Assembly: GCA_041601615.1 (NCBI GenBank)
Contig: JBFIHX010000006.1
Span: 115,353-179,352, forward strand
Direction of reading: 5' to 3'
Length of the DNA: 64,000 bases
From: Thermoplasmatota archaeon
GTDB lineage: Archaea; Thermoplasmatota; E2; JACPAO01; JAHFTW01
The notes under the pieces were generated by a model. The model searched no databases. It was not told where the DNA came from and worked only from the letters and a program-made list of their open reading frames with translations. The position numbers and the translations under genes are program-made. Below are positions 1-8,910 of this stretch, piece after piece. How positions within the stretch are numbered: the stretch's first letter is position 1; every line of letters begins with the position of its first letter.

Positions 1-2
1 AA

Positions 3-689
3 GAAGGAAAGAACGGACTCGCCCGCATCACCGTCACAGCCACCCGCGACGGCCAACCCCTGCCCTACCGCGACCTGCACGTCAGCCTCGAAGACCTCCC
101 CGGTGGCATCGACATTCTGACAGACGAGCACGGCAAGGCGTCCTTCAGCTACCAACGCACCCAAGAGCGCGTCGCCGTCGCCGTCCGCCTCGATGCCCAA
201 TCCGGCGAAGAGCGCAGCCTCGCCACCACCGTCCTGGGCACCCCGACAGCCCCCGGCCCCGACGTCTGGTCCAACCTCGCGCCCTACGTCTGGACCCTGC
301 CCGTTTTGCTGGTCCTCGCGGCCCTCTCCATCACCGCCGCGCTGCTATGGCGCCGCCGCAGTCCCCTAGAACAAGAACTGCGCGAAACCCTGCGCACCGT
401 GCGCGGACAAGGCCCCGTCGAAGAAGTGATCCTGCACGCATACTACGTCCTCCAAAGAGCCGCTCTGCGACGGCAATGGATCACCGAGGAAGCCCCCACG
501 CCTCGCGCGCTCCAAGAAACCCTCATCAAGGAAATCCCCCGCGTGCCGCAACCACCCCTCGGCGCCCTCATTGGCCTCTTCGAAACCGCCCGCTACGGCA
601 ACCGCACCCTAGGAGAACAACACCGCCAACTGGCCATTCGTGCCATTGAAACCATCCGGCGAGCCACCGCATGGGGAGGTCGAGCATGA
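3..689 (+). CDS. 5'-truncated membrane protein with C-terminal DUF4129-like domain
   Basis: Frame open from window edge; TM (VWTLPVLLVLAALSITAALLWRRR) then AY..L / TPR.L / LFETARYG motifs typical of DUF4129; stop overlaps next ATG (ATGA). Confidence 0.7.
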   Translation, partial: EGKNGLARITVTATRDGQPLPYRDLHVSLEDLPGGIDILTDEHGKASFSYQRTQERVAVAVRLDAQSGEERSLATTVLGTPTAPGPDVWSNLAPYVWTLPVLLVLAALSITAALLWRRRSPLEQELRETLRTVRGQGPVEEVILHAYYVLQRAALRRQWITEEAPTPRALQETLIKEIPRVPQPPLGALIGLFETARYGNRTLGEQHRQLAIRAIETIRRATAWGGRA

Positions 690-2827
690 ACCGCGCCGTC
701 CAAGTGCTCCTCGGACTGCTTTTGCTCTCTTCCGTAGCAGCCGTCGCCGTCACGAGTCTCCTTGCCGACGAAAGCCGCTCCGCCTTCCACCAGGACATCA
801 ATGATGTGTTTCTGGCCCCTCAGAGCACCGATGTGCGACGCCTCGGCACCGGCCCCATGGCACTCGCCAACGAACCGACTCTGCAAGGAGCAACCATCGT
901 CGTGTTGCACGCAGACACCAGCTACAGCACAGCCGAATTGGATGCCCTCGACAAGCACGTCCAAAATGGCGGCACGCTCGTGATTCTGGACACCCACAGC
1001 CGCGGCTCCAGCATCGCCGCCCGCCATGGCATCCTCTTCGAGCGGGTACCCCTGGACGAACCACAAGGCTACACGACCGTCGAAGTCGACGGAACCAGCT
1101 TGAAAACCAGTACACGCAACGCCACCGCGCTCCTCATCACGCCAGAAAGCGACGCCGAAGTCCTCGCTTGGAGCACCCCCGAAAGCCACCTAGACCGCAC
1201 CGGCGACGGCACCATCGACGAAGCCGACCCCAACGGCCCCTTCCCGCTCATTGCCCGCCTCAATCTCGGAGAAGGCACCATCTGGGCCATCGCCACCCCC
1301 GCCGCTTTCGACCCCAATGCCGAACACTTGCTCGACGAAGCCGCCTTGCGATCCCAAGCCTTCGGAGGCGCTTCACTCGCACTCATTGACGAAGGCCACA
1401 TCCAAAGCGACGACCCACTCTTGCAAGCTGCGCGCGCCGCCTGGACCCTCGCCACCAATCCATGGCGCTGGATCATCCTCCCCGTGGCCGCCCTCGCCCT
1501 CGTAGCGGCCTTGCTTCCCGCAGAAATTCCCGGCCTGCGACCCCACACCTTCAACCCCCGCATCCTACTTTCCAAGCTGCGCCAAGAAACCAGCTCCAGC
1601 ACCCGCGCCCCCAGCGGCCTCACCGACCGCGGCCGCATCGCACTCGCAACCTCCGCCACCCTCGTGCTCGCCAGCGTCGCCTTCGGCAGCCACCAAGCAA
1701 CCTGGGCCGGCATCTTCCTGCTCGTACCAACCCTCGGCGCATTCTTCATCCGACCCCCCGAAGCCACCGCCGTACGCTCCGTGAGCGCCCGCCGCATCCC
1801 CGAAGCCACCCCCGTGCGCGTCGACCTTCAAATCCAATTCAAAGGCAACCGAGCCGGCATCGTCGTACAAGACGAACTACCCGGCTTCTTCGAGACCGAA
1901 GGCCAAGCGCTTCTACACCCGCGACGCCGCACCGAAGAACTGCACTACAACGTCAGCCCCGCCCGCCTCGGCCGCTACCAAATCGGCCCCCTCAACGCCG
2001 AACGCAGCGACCCCCTAGGACTGCGCGTTCAAATCAACACCCTCGTAGAAGCCACCGACGTCCGCGTCACGCCTCGCCTCGAAGACACCCGCGACGCCCC
2101 CTTCAAGACCCGCATTCCCCAAATCATCAGCGGCGGCCATCAAGTCAACCGCGCCGGCGGAGGCACCGAATTCCTGGCCCTGCGCGAATACCACACCGGC
2201 GACACCATGCGCATGGTCAACTGGAAAGCCAGCGCCCGCGCCAAGAACCTCATGGTCAACCAACGCGTCCACGAAACCCCCCTCATCCTCACCATCATCG
2301 TCGACACCCGAGGCATCAGCGACCACGGCCCCGCCGATTCCACTCCCTTCGTACGCGCCGCCCGCAGCGCCGCCAGCATCGTCCAAGAAACCATTGCCGG
2401 CCGCGACCGCTGCCGCATCATCATCTACGGCAACGGCGTGCAGAAAGTCGAAGGACGCGGCGGCGACGTCCTCCACAAATTCCTCGAACACATGGCCGAC
2501 ACAAGAGCCCACGGCACCACATCCTTGCGCCACGTCGTGGACCAAATCCACACCGAACTTCGCAAAGGACAACCCGTGGTGTACGTCGGCGCCGGCGAAG
2601 ACGACGACAGCGTCGAAACCGCCCTCGAAGTCATCCGACGCCGCGGCAGCCCCCTCCACGTGGTCATGCCCATGATCGAAGACCTCGGAGACCCCGAAAC
2701 CCGCAGCGCCAGCCGCGACCAACACAAACTCGCCACCCGCCTGCGCGGCCGCGGCTTCCCAGTCTACGAACTCGAACCCAACCGACGCCTGGAGGACGCC
2801 TGGCGCATCCTGGAGGCCCCCGCATGA
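686..2827 (+). CDS. DUF4350-like + DUF58 (vWA-like) fusion membrane protein
   Basis: GGAGGT before ATG 686; N-terminal YSTAELDALDKHVQNGGTLVI (DUF4350-like); C-terminal GTEFLALREYHTGDTMRMVNWKASAR is the DUF58 signature. Confidence 0.8.
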   Translation: MNRAVQVLLGLLLLSSVAAVAVTSLLADESRSAFHQDINDVFLAPQSTDVRRLGTGPMALANEPTLQGATIVVLHADTSYSTAELDALDKHVQNGGTLVILDTHSRGSSIAARHGILFERVPLDEPQGYTTVEVDGTSLKTSTRNATALLITPESDAEVLAWSTPESHLDRTGDGTIDEADPNGPFPLIARLNLGEGTIWAIATPAAFDPNAEHLLDEAALRSQAFGGASLALIDEGHIQSDDPLLQAARAAWTLATNPWRWIILPVAALALVAALLPAEIPGLRPHTFNPRILLSKLRQETSSSTRAPSGLTDRGRIALATSATLVLASVAFGSHQATWAGIFLLVPTLGAFFIRPPEATAVRSVSARRIPEATPVRVDLQIQFKGNRAGIVVQDELPGFFETEGQALLHPRRRTEELHYNVSPARLGRYQIGPLNAERSDPLGLRVQINTLVEATDVRVTPRLEDTRDAPFKTRIPQIISGGHQVNRAGGGTEFLALREYHTGDTMRMVNWKASARAKNLMVNQRVHETPLILTIIVDTRGISDHGPADSTPFVRAARSAASIVQETIAGRDRCRIIIYGNGVQKVEGRGGDVLHKFLEHMADTRAHGTTSLRHVVDQIHTELRKGQPVVYVGAGEDDDSVETALEVIRRRGSPLHVVMPMIEDLGDPETRSASRDQHKLATRLRGRGFPVYELEPNRRLEDAWRILEAPA

Positions 2828-3327
2828 GAGCAGCATACATCGCAGTCCCCGTCGCCGCCACCGCCGCGACCCTCACCCGATGGCCCGACTTGTGGCTCGG
2901 ACTCGCCGCGACCTTGCTCGCGATCACATGGATTGCAAGTACACTCCTAGGCTCCACAAAACCTCGCTTCCAGGGCATAGGCCCCGTCAGCGCCATCGCA
3001 CTCGCCCTCCTGCCCACTGCCCCCGACGCCGTCTTGCCCATCGGAGGCATCTTCATCGGCGGCGCCATCGGCTTTGCCTTACTTTCCGCCCTTCCCCCGC
3101 GTCATGAAGGCGTGCACGCCCGCCCCGGATTCGGCGCCTGGATTCCCGTGCTCGGCGTCACCGCCGCGCTCATCCTCCCACTCCTCGTCCCCCTGCTGTT
3201 TGGCCCCGATCGACTCGGCGCCATGGTCGACCGAACCGCCCCAGCGCAAATTGCAGTCGTCGCAGCCCTGCTTGCCCTCGCCGCAACCGGATTCGTCCTC
3301 TTGACTCGCAAGGAAGTGACCGCATGA
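2824..3327 (+). CDS. Hypothetical multi-pass membrane protein
   Basis: ATGA overlaps at both ends; MRAAYIAVPV... almost wholly hydrophobic; the track ORF 1462..3327 has a spurious N-terminal extension. Confidence 0.75.
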   Translation: MRAAYIAVPVAATAATLTRWPDLWLGLAATLLAITWIASTLLGSTKPRFQGIGPVSAIALALLPTAPDAVLPIGGIFIGGAIGFALLSALPPRHEGVHARPGFGAWIPVLGVTAALILPLLVPLLFGPDRLGAMVDRTAPAQIAVVAALLALAATGFVLLTRKEVTA

Positions 3328-5804
3328 ACCAAGCTCGAACCGCCACGCCCGGCACCCCAGGCATCCTGCTTCTGGTGGCCCTCGTAGCCCTCACCGGACT
3401 CGCCACCATCGTTCCCGCACAGGTCATTCCCAACCCGCTCACCATCGACGAAATCCAGTACAAAGACGACACCCAGCCATTCTTCACCAACGGCCCCGAC
3501 GAACCAGACGACGAACGGACCGCGCACGACGCCCGCGTCATCATCACCGTCGCCAACCATGGCAACCGCCCCAGCCTTGCCTACACGCTGACACTGTACT
3601 GGCAGACACGCGACGGCGAACAACGCAACCTCATCAACGGCAACGAATCGGAGCCATCCAGCAGCAGCAGCGGCGACCCAATCCAACAAGGCCGATTCTT
3701 CGTACACAACTTTGACTGGACACCCCAGCCGGAACAACTGGGCGAAGGCGCCCTCGTAGTCGAAATACGGGAAACCACCCAATTCGAAATCGTACGCAAC
3801 GACGTGTTCATCGCAGAACACAAAATCGCCCTCGCCACCAACCCAGCTCCCCTAGAAATTGGACCCGACCAGATTCTCTCGCTGCCGATCCAATTCAAAA
3901 ATCAAGGCAACATCGACGAGCACGCTTACTGGTTCATCCTCCAAGGCCACACCCGGCTCAATGTATGGTTCCAGGACGCCGAAGCCAACTATCCACAGGG
4001 CACCAGCCAACAGATTCTGTTTGTCGAATATCCCTTCCAAGGCACACTCACGGACGTCGACGACATTCGCATCCGCATCCAGGCCCGCACCGAATCAGGA
4101 CTGAGCCTTTCCTTGTTCACTCCCGAAATCGACATCCGCAACGCCGAGATTCCACCGCCACCCTCCATGAGCGTCGACGGGCCCCCACAAGACGTGTTCG
4201 TCAACCCAGGAGGAACCGGAACTGCCTCCTTCGTCCTCACCAACACCGGCCCCAACGCCGACACATTCTCCTTCAGCGTCCCCTCCACAGTCGGAGGCTG
4301 GGAAATCGGCACCCCCACCATCGGCGGCAACGCCGTCCAGTCCGTAGCCCTACCCAGCGGCGCCAAAACCACCGTAGACGTCACGGTTCGCCCCTTGACC
4401 GGCGTCGACCGAGTCACCACGTTGCGTCTCACCGCCACAGCACGCTCGGGCATCACCGACAGCGGCGACGCCGTTCTGAAACTCGCCGGAGCCCACCCCC
4501 TCGTCACGCACTTGCAATTCGTGGATGCCGCGCTCTACAAGGGCGAAGACGCCCTGCTCTCCGTTGCCTACGAAAATGCCGGCAACGCCATCCTCCCGTC
4601 CTCCACTCTCACCCTCCGCGTCACCTACGCAGACGGCACCATTGGCTCCCGCATCGTGGATATTGCGCCCATCGAAGCCGGGCGATCTCGCGTCCAAAGA
4701 ATCTCGGTAGGAGACGCCCTGGCGCCCGGCCCGGCCACGCTGGAAGCGACTTTGTTTGCAAGCAGCGGCGTCGAAGCAAGTGTCGCCAACAACGGATTCG
4801 TGCGCCTTGCCGCCCTCCGCCTCGACAATGCACACCCCTTGCCCGGATTCCCAGGTGAATCCGTTCGCTACCATACGCCCCCGCACGCCTTCAAGGTCAT
4901 CAACGAGGGCAACATCGCGGAAGTGATCGACCTCACCATCACAGGCGCGGAGATGATTGGCCAAGCCCAACGAACCCTGGAAGTGGGCCAAAGCATCACC
5001 GTAGCCGTGACCCAAGCCATCCCCAGCTCCATCGGGGACCGTGCCTACTACGATGTCACCCTTACCGCAGCCCTTCGTGATGCGCCCTCGCACATCCAAG
5101 CCGGCAGCGTTCGAACGCCGGTCCGAGACAGCATGCTCCCAAGCGTCGCATGGATCAAAGTCCCTGCAACCATCCTCCAATACACAGACGCGCCGGTGTT
5201 TGTGAGCGCCACGGACGACACCTTCATTTCCACGGTCTGGGTCGAATTGACCCCCGCCGACCCGGGCGCCCCAGGCGCTCCGGCACCCTACACGCTCACC
5301 CTGCACCCTGGCGCCACAGACTGGTTTGGCCTCGTGGACGTTGGTGCGCCGGCAACCTACCAAATCACGCCATTCGCCGAGGACGCATACGGCAACGTGG
5401 GCAAAGGCGAAGCCCGAGAACTCAAAGTTCTAGCGCCGGAAGATGCCCCGATCATCCCCGACTTGGAACTCACGGTGGACGTCAAGAACATCACCAACAA
5501 AGGTGCCCAGATTGTCGTGCGGACCCCCGAATCCCTCGCCAGGGTCGTCATCGACGGCAACGAGACCGAGCACACCATCACGGACGGGCAAAAGTCCATT
5601 GATCTCCTGCTTGCCCCCGGCAACCACACCGTCAACGTCACCGTGACCCGGGGCGCCGAGACCATCATCCGCAACGCATCCATTGAAATCCCACAACCCG
5701 AAGATGCCCCCGGTGCGTGGGCACGCTTCACACCAACCATCCACCCGATAGTCGCCCTGGCGGTTTTGTTTTGGGCCGCCCTGGTGATGCGGCGTACAAA
5801 ATAA
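3324..5804 (+). CDS. Large cell-surface protein with Ig-like/CARDB/NEW3-type repeats and C-terminal anchor
   Basis: Signal peptide, repeated N.GN...D/E beta modules, C-terminal hydrophobic helix plus RRTK. Confidence 0.75.
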   Translation: MNQARTATPGTPGILLLVALVALTGLATIVPAQVIPNPLTIDEIQYKDDTQPFFTNGPDEPDDERTAHDARVIITVANHGNRPSLAYTLTLYWQTRDGEQRNLINGNESEPSSSSSGDPIQQGRFFVHNFDWTPQPEQLGEGALVVEIRETTQFEIVRNDVFIAEHKIALATNPAPLEIGPDQILSLPIQFKNQGNIDEHAYWFILQGHTRLNVWFQDAEANYPQGTSQQILFVEYPFQGTLTDVDDIRIRIQARTESGLSLSLFTPEIDIRNAEIPPPPSMSVDGPPQDVFVNPGGTGTASFVLTNTGPNADTFSFSVPSTVGGWEIGTPTIGGNAVQSVALPSGAKTTVDVTVRPLTGVDRVTTLRLTATARSGITDSGDAVLKLAGAHPLVTHLQFVDAALYKGEDALLSVAYENAGNAILPSSTLTLRVTYADGTIGSRIVDIAPIEAGRSRVQRISVGDALAPGPATLEATLFASSGVEASVANNGFVRLAALRLDNAHPLPGFPGESVRYHTPPHAFKVINEGNIAEVIDLTITGAEMIGQAQRTLEVGQSITVAVTQAIPSSIGDRAYYDVTLTAALRDAPSHIQAGSVRTPVRDSMLPSVAWIKVPATILQYTDAPVFVSATDDTFISTVWVELTPADPGAPGAPAPYTLTLHPGATDWFGLVDVGAPATYQITPFAEDAYGNVGKGEARELKVLAPEDAPIIPDLELTVDVKNITNKGAQIVVRTPESLARVVIDGNETEHTITDGQKSIDLLLAPGNHTVNVTVTRGAETIIRNASIEIPQPEDAPGAWARFTPTIHPIVALAVLFWAALVMRRTK

Positions 5805-5864
5805 AATACAAATGTACCCATCGTAGCTAATTTCTTGAAATACCAAGAAGCTGATGGGCCCGAT

Positions 5865-6122
5865 ATGGTGTGGTGCCTGTGGAATCCTAGATGCTTGTTT
5901 TTCGCTATGCTTTGTACATTCACCCTCATCCCGAGCGCGCAGGCACACTGCGACCCTACGGCAAATCCTCTATATGTGGCACAACAGCTTCCGATTCACG
6001 AACTCACAGGCGGACCGGGCATGGTATGCGACCCCGTTTTCAAGCAATTCCCTGTGCCCAATCTAGAGTGTTACTGCCCCCTACCTGGCGGAGCTCCCGA
6101 CCCCATACACATCTGCACCTGA
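5865..6122 (+). CDS. Small secreted Cys/Pro-rich peptide (85 aa precursor)
   Basis: Signal-like N-terminus ending PSAQA; 58-aa mature part with 5 Cys; stop 2 nt before next ATG. Confidence 0.6.
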   Translation: MVWCLWNPRCLFFAMLCTFTLIPSAQAHCDPTANPLYVAQQLPIHELTGGPGMVCDPVFKQFPVPNLECYCPLPGGAPDPIHICT

Positions 6123-6124
6123 AC

Positions 6125-7663
6125 ATGCGCATCCAGATTCTCCTCGCCATTGTCGTACTTCTCGCCCCCACAGCGTTGGCTTCCATCACAGATGAAGAGA
6201 ATGTCGTCGCAATTAATATTGATGGCTTTGTTAGTTTTTACTCCACAGAACTATACATGGATACCAGAGGAATAGGTGAAGTGGAGAGGAATTTCTTGGT
6301 AGAGTCTGAAAGTATCAGAGTGGAGTTGGATAATAAATACATTGAGGGGCACGATTATGGAATAACATCACAGGGCAATTATACCCAAACTGTTCTTTAT
6401 GATGGCCCCGGCCAATTGACATCTGGCCCAACACATGATAATCACAGGATTACGTTGGTATCTCAAGATTCCATCGTGAACTTCAACTCGGATGGCTTCA
6501 ATGCAACTTTGCGAGAGGGGCACACAATTACGAGGGCCGCACCAGCGGGCACCAACCGCTCCGATGAAGTTTTTTACTTTGGACCCACGTTTGCAGCGAC
6601 AGGTTTGCATGGATCGGTTCAAATTACAGGCAATTTTAGCTTTATTTTGCGCGATTGGGATGGCGTATTGAATACACCTGAGACTCAAATCGATTTTTGG
6701 ACTGGCGTCCGGCGTGAAGTGAGCGCCGAAATGAAGCCAGTGCAAGAAACCATTCCCGACGATATTCAGGAGGACATTCCAGACCCCAATCCCCTTTACT
6801 ATGGCGGCACTGTGGAAACACAAATTGCTTTTGTATACGTAACAAATGGGACAATGACATTTGATATCATAGATGAAGAGGCTGGTTCGGCTTATGTTTT
6901 CAATAAAGTAGCAGGCGAGGCTTTTGGAAGATTTGATAGCTACCAATTTAGCTATTACCAATACTTGGGCTTATCAGACTCTAAAAATGGTAATTACTCA
7001 ACAATTATTCAAGCACCAAGAGATAATGAATTAACTATTGATCTTAAGCCATTTAAGAAGCCCCTGGGTCAAAATGAGGCAACGCCAGGCACAAGCACCG
7101 AAGAAAACAAGGATGATTCCAACCCCGGTTCGCAACCAACCCCCGCCCCAGTGGAATTGATCGACACCAAGAGCAGCCCAACACCACAAATTCCCTCAGG
7201 GGGCATCACCCCATACATTTGGTGGGCCTTGTTGGCTGCCACACCCATCCCGCTGGCAATCCTGCGCTTCACCCGCCCCATCGTTCGCATCCGCAAGCTG
7301 GAGGACGCCTATGACCTCTCCTTGTACGCCTACGTTCTCGACCGCGCCCCACAATTGCTGTCGTCCCGCCGGTTTGGCGCCCGGGCCAGCCTGATGTACG
7401 CCATCGCACTGTTGGAAAAGAAGGGCCCTGAAGCAGCCGAATCGCACCTCATGTCCTCCCGGCCACGCAACCGACCCACGGGCGCCACGCTGGATTACCT
7501 CATGGCACGGGTTCGAGCCGCGCAGACGCGCTTCGATGAGGCCCGCATCCATGTTCGAGCCTGCATCCAGGCAGAGCCGGCATTCATCATGGAGATCAAT
7601 CGCAACGCAACGCTGGAGTTCCTGTCCCACGCGCCAAGCGACCCTGACGAGGGCTACTCATGA
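6125..7663 (+). CDS. Single-pass membrane protein: signal peptide, beta-rich ectodomain, Pro/Thr linker, TM, cytoplasmic TPR-like helices
   Basis: MRIQILLAIVVLLAPTALA signal; TM YIWWALLAATPIPLAIL; tail YLMARVRAAQTRFDEARIHVRACIQAEP fits the TPR consensus. Confidence 0.75.
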   Translation: MRIQILLAIVVLLAPTALASITDEENVVAINIDGFVSFYSTELYMDTRGIGEVERNFLVESESIRVELDNKYIEGHDYGITSQGNYTQTVLYDGPGQLTSGPTHDNHRITLVSQDSIVNFNSDGFNATLREGHTITRAAPAGTNRSDEVFYFGPTFAATGLHGSVQITGNFSFILRDWDGVLNTPETQIDFWTGVRREVSAEMKPVQETIPDDIQEDIPDPNPLYYGGTVETQIAFVYVTNGTMTFDIIDEEAGSAYVFNKVAGEAFGRFDSYQFSYYQYLGLSDSKNGNYSTIIQAPRDNELTIDLKPFKKPLGQNEATPGTSTEENKDDSNPGSQPTPAPVELIDTKSSPTPQIPSGGITPYIWWALLAATPIPLAILRFTRPIVRIRKLEDAYDLSLYAYVLDRAPQLLSSRRFGARASLMYAIALLEKKGPEAAESHLMSSRPRNRPTGATLDYLMARVRAAQTRFDEARIHVRACIQAEPAFIMEINRNATLEFLSHAPSDPDEGYS

Positions 7664-8154
7664 TGTTCCTAGCCGGCACCCGAAACGGTCGGGAAACGCG
7701 CAAACGCATCGTCGAAGCGGTGCGAGAAAACCCTGGCGTCAACAAGAGCGACTTGGCGCGTATGCTTGGCCATTCCTGGGGCACCATGAGCCACCACATC
7801 CAGAGCCTAGCGCGACGAGGCGACCTGCGCCCCTTCCGCGACGGCCGAGAACTGTTGTTGTTTCCTCCAGACATTCCCGGTAGCCGTCTTCGTCAACTGG
7901 CGGCCATGCAAGGCGACGTTCCAGTGGAGATTTTGCAGCATCTAACGCGCAGCGAGCGTGGCATCCAGGAACTTTGTACGCTCTTGGGCCGTAGCCGTAA
8001 AGTTGTCCGTCGCACGTTGCAGGACATGGACGACGCAGGCCTTGTGGGTCGCGGCCCTGGCCTGCACGGCAAATTCTTCCTTCGCGACCAGAATTGGGGG
8101 AAGCTCGTGGAGTCTCCGCATGTGCCTCTTGAGCTGCTTGACGGCCGACGCTGA
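7660..8154 (+). CDS. Tandem winged helix-turn-helix transcriptional regulator
   Basis: RKRIVEAVRENPGVNKSDLARMLGHSWGTMSHHIQSL plus second wHTH (IQELCTLLGRSRKVVRRTLQDMDDAGLV); ATGA-coupled to upstream gene. Confidence 0.85.
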   Translation: MMFLAGTRNGRETRKRIVEAVRENPGVNKSDLARMLGHSWGTMSHHIQSLARRGDLRPFRDGRELLLFPPDIPGSRLRQLAAMQGDVPVEILQHLTRSERGIQELCTLLGRSRKVVRRTLQDMDDAGLVGRGPGLHGKFFLRDQNWGKLVESPHVPLELLDGRR

Positions 8155-8285
8155 CCGCACCGGTTATATCAGGGACTCGAGTGGCCGGCTTCGTCCCCGG
8201 AGACGGAGACGAAATGGCCCGTTTTGGCGGGCTAGAAGCACCCGTCGTTCGCCGTTCGCGGCGGACATGCGGAGGCAAGCACCAT

Positions 8286-8359
8286 GGGTCCGTGGTCTAG
8301 CTGGTTATGACATCGCCTTGACATGGCGAAGATCGCCGATTCGAATTCGGCCGGACCCA
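8286..8359 (+). tRNA. tRNA-Val(GAC)
   Basis: Acceptor GGGTCCG/CGGACCC, anticodon arm TCGCC-TTGACAT-GGCGA, T-loop TTCGAAT; CCA not encoded. Confidence 0.95.
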
Positions 8360-8506
8360 CTCCTTTTCTTCTTGAGCGCAAGCGCGATTGGCGCCTGCGA
8401 TTTGATTGCGCCGATCTGCCAATTTAGGGCTGCCCAAGGTTCTTGTGTCGCGGCAGAGGCTGCCGCATTCGGCGGGTTTTATGCGGGCAGGCATCCATTG
8501 GTAGGC

Positions 8507-8848
8507 ATGTTCGACTCGGATTCATGGGCTAGGATCAAGGCAAGGGCGTTCAACGGACGCGACTTGGACACATTCGTGTCCGGCATGGCCCACGACACGA
8601 GATGCCTACGAGACGGCGAGCTTTTGGGCGAGGGCCCCGAAGCAATCCGGGATGGCATTGAGGCCGAGTACCGCACCCGAGATCCCGTCGTGCGGCTCTT
8701 GAACGTGGACGGCGCTCGGGTGTTTGCAGAATGCAGCAAAGAGGGTCGTGGCGTGGACGGAGTTTTGCGCTTCGTGGTGGAGGAAGACCATGTGCGGGAG
8801 TTCCACATCGAGCATGGGCCCTTGCTTCTGGAAGGGACGCCCGAGTAG
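8507..8848 (+). CDS. SnoaL/NTF2-like protein
   Basis: AFNGRDLDTFVSGMAHD...GPEAIR pattern of NTF2-like folds. Confidence 0.65.
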   Translation: MFDSDSWARIKARAFNGRDLDTFVSGMAHDTRCLRDGELLGEGPEAIRDGIEAEYRTRDPVVRLLNVDGARVFAECSKEGRGVDGVLRFVVEEDHVREFHIEHGPLLLEGTPE

Positions 8849-8910
8849 GCGTTCCGCTCCAAGCTGCGTACCTGGCGTGATGCCTACAACCCGTGGGCAT
8901 TGCTTCGGCG

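Noticed and set aside
8160-8500. Integrated element at tRNA-Val or tRNA-Ser
   Set aside because: No duplicated tRNA 3' end or integrase noticed in the window.
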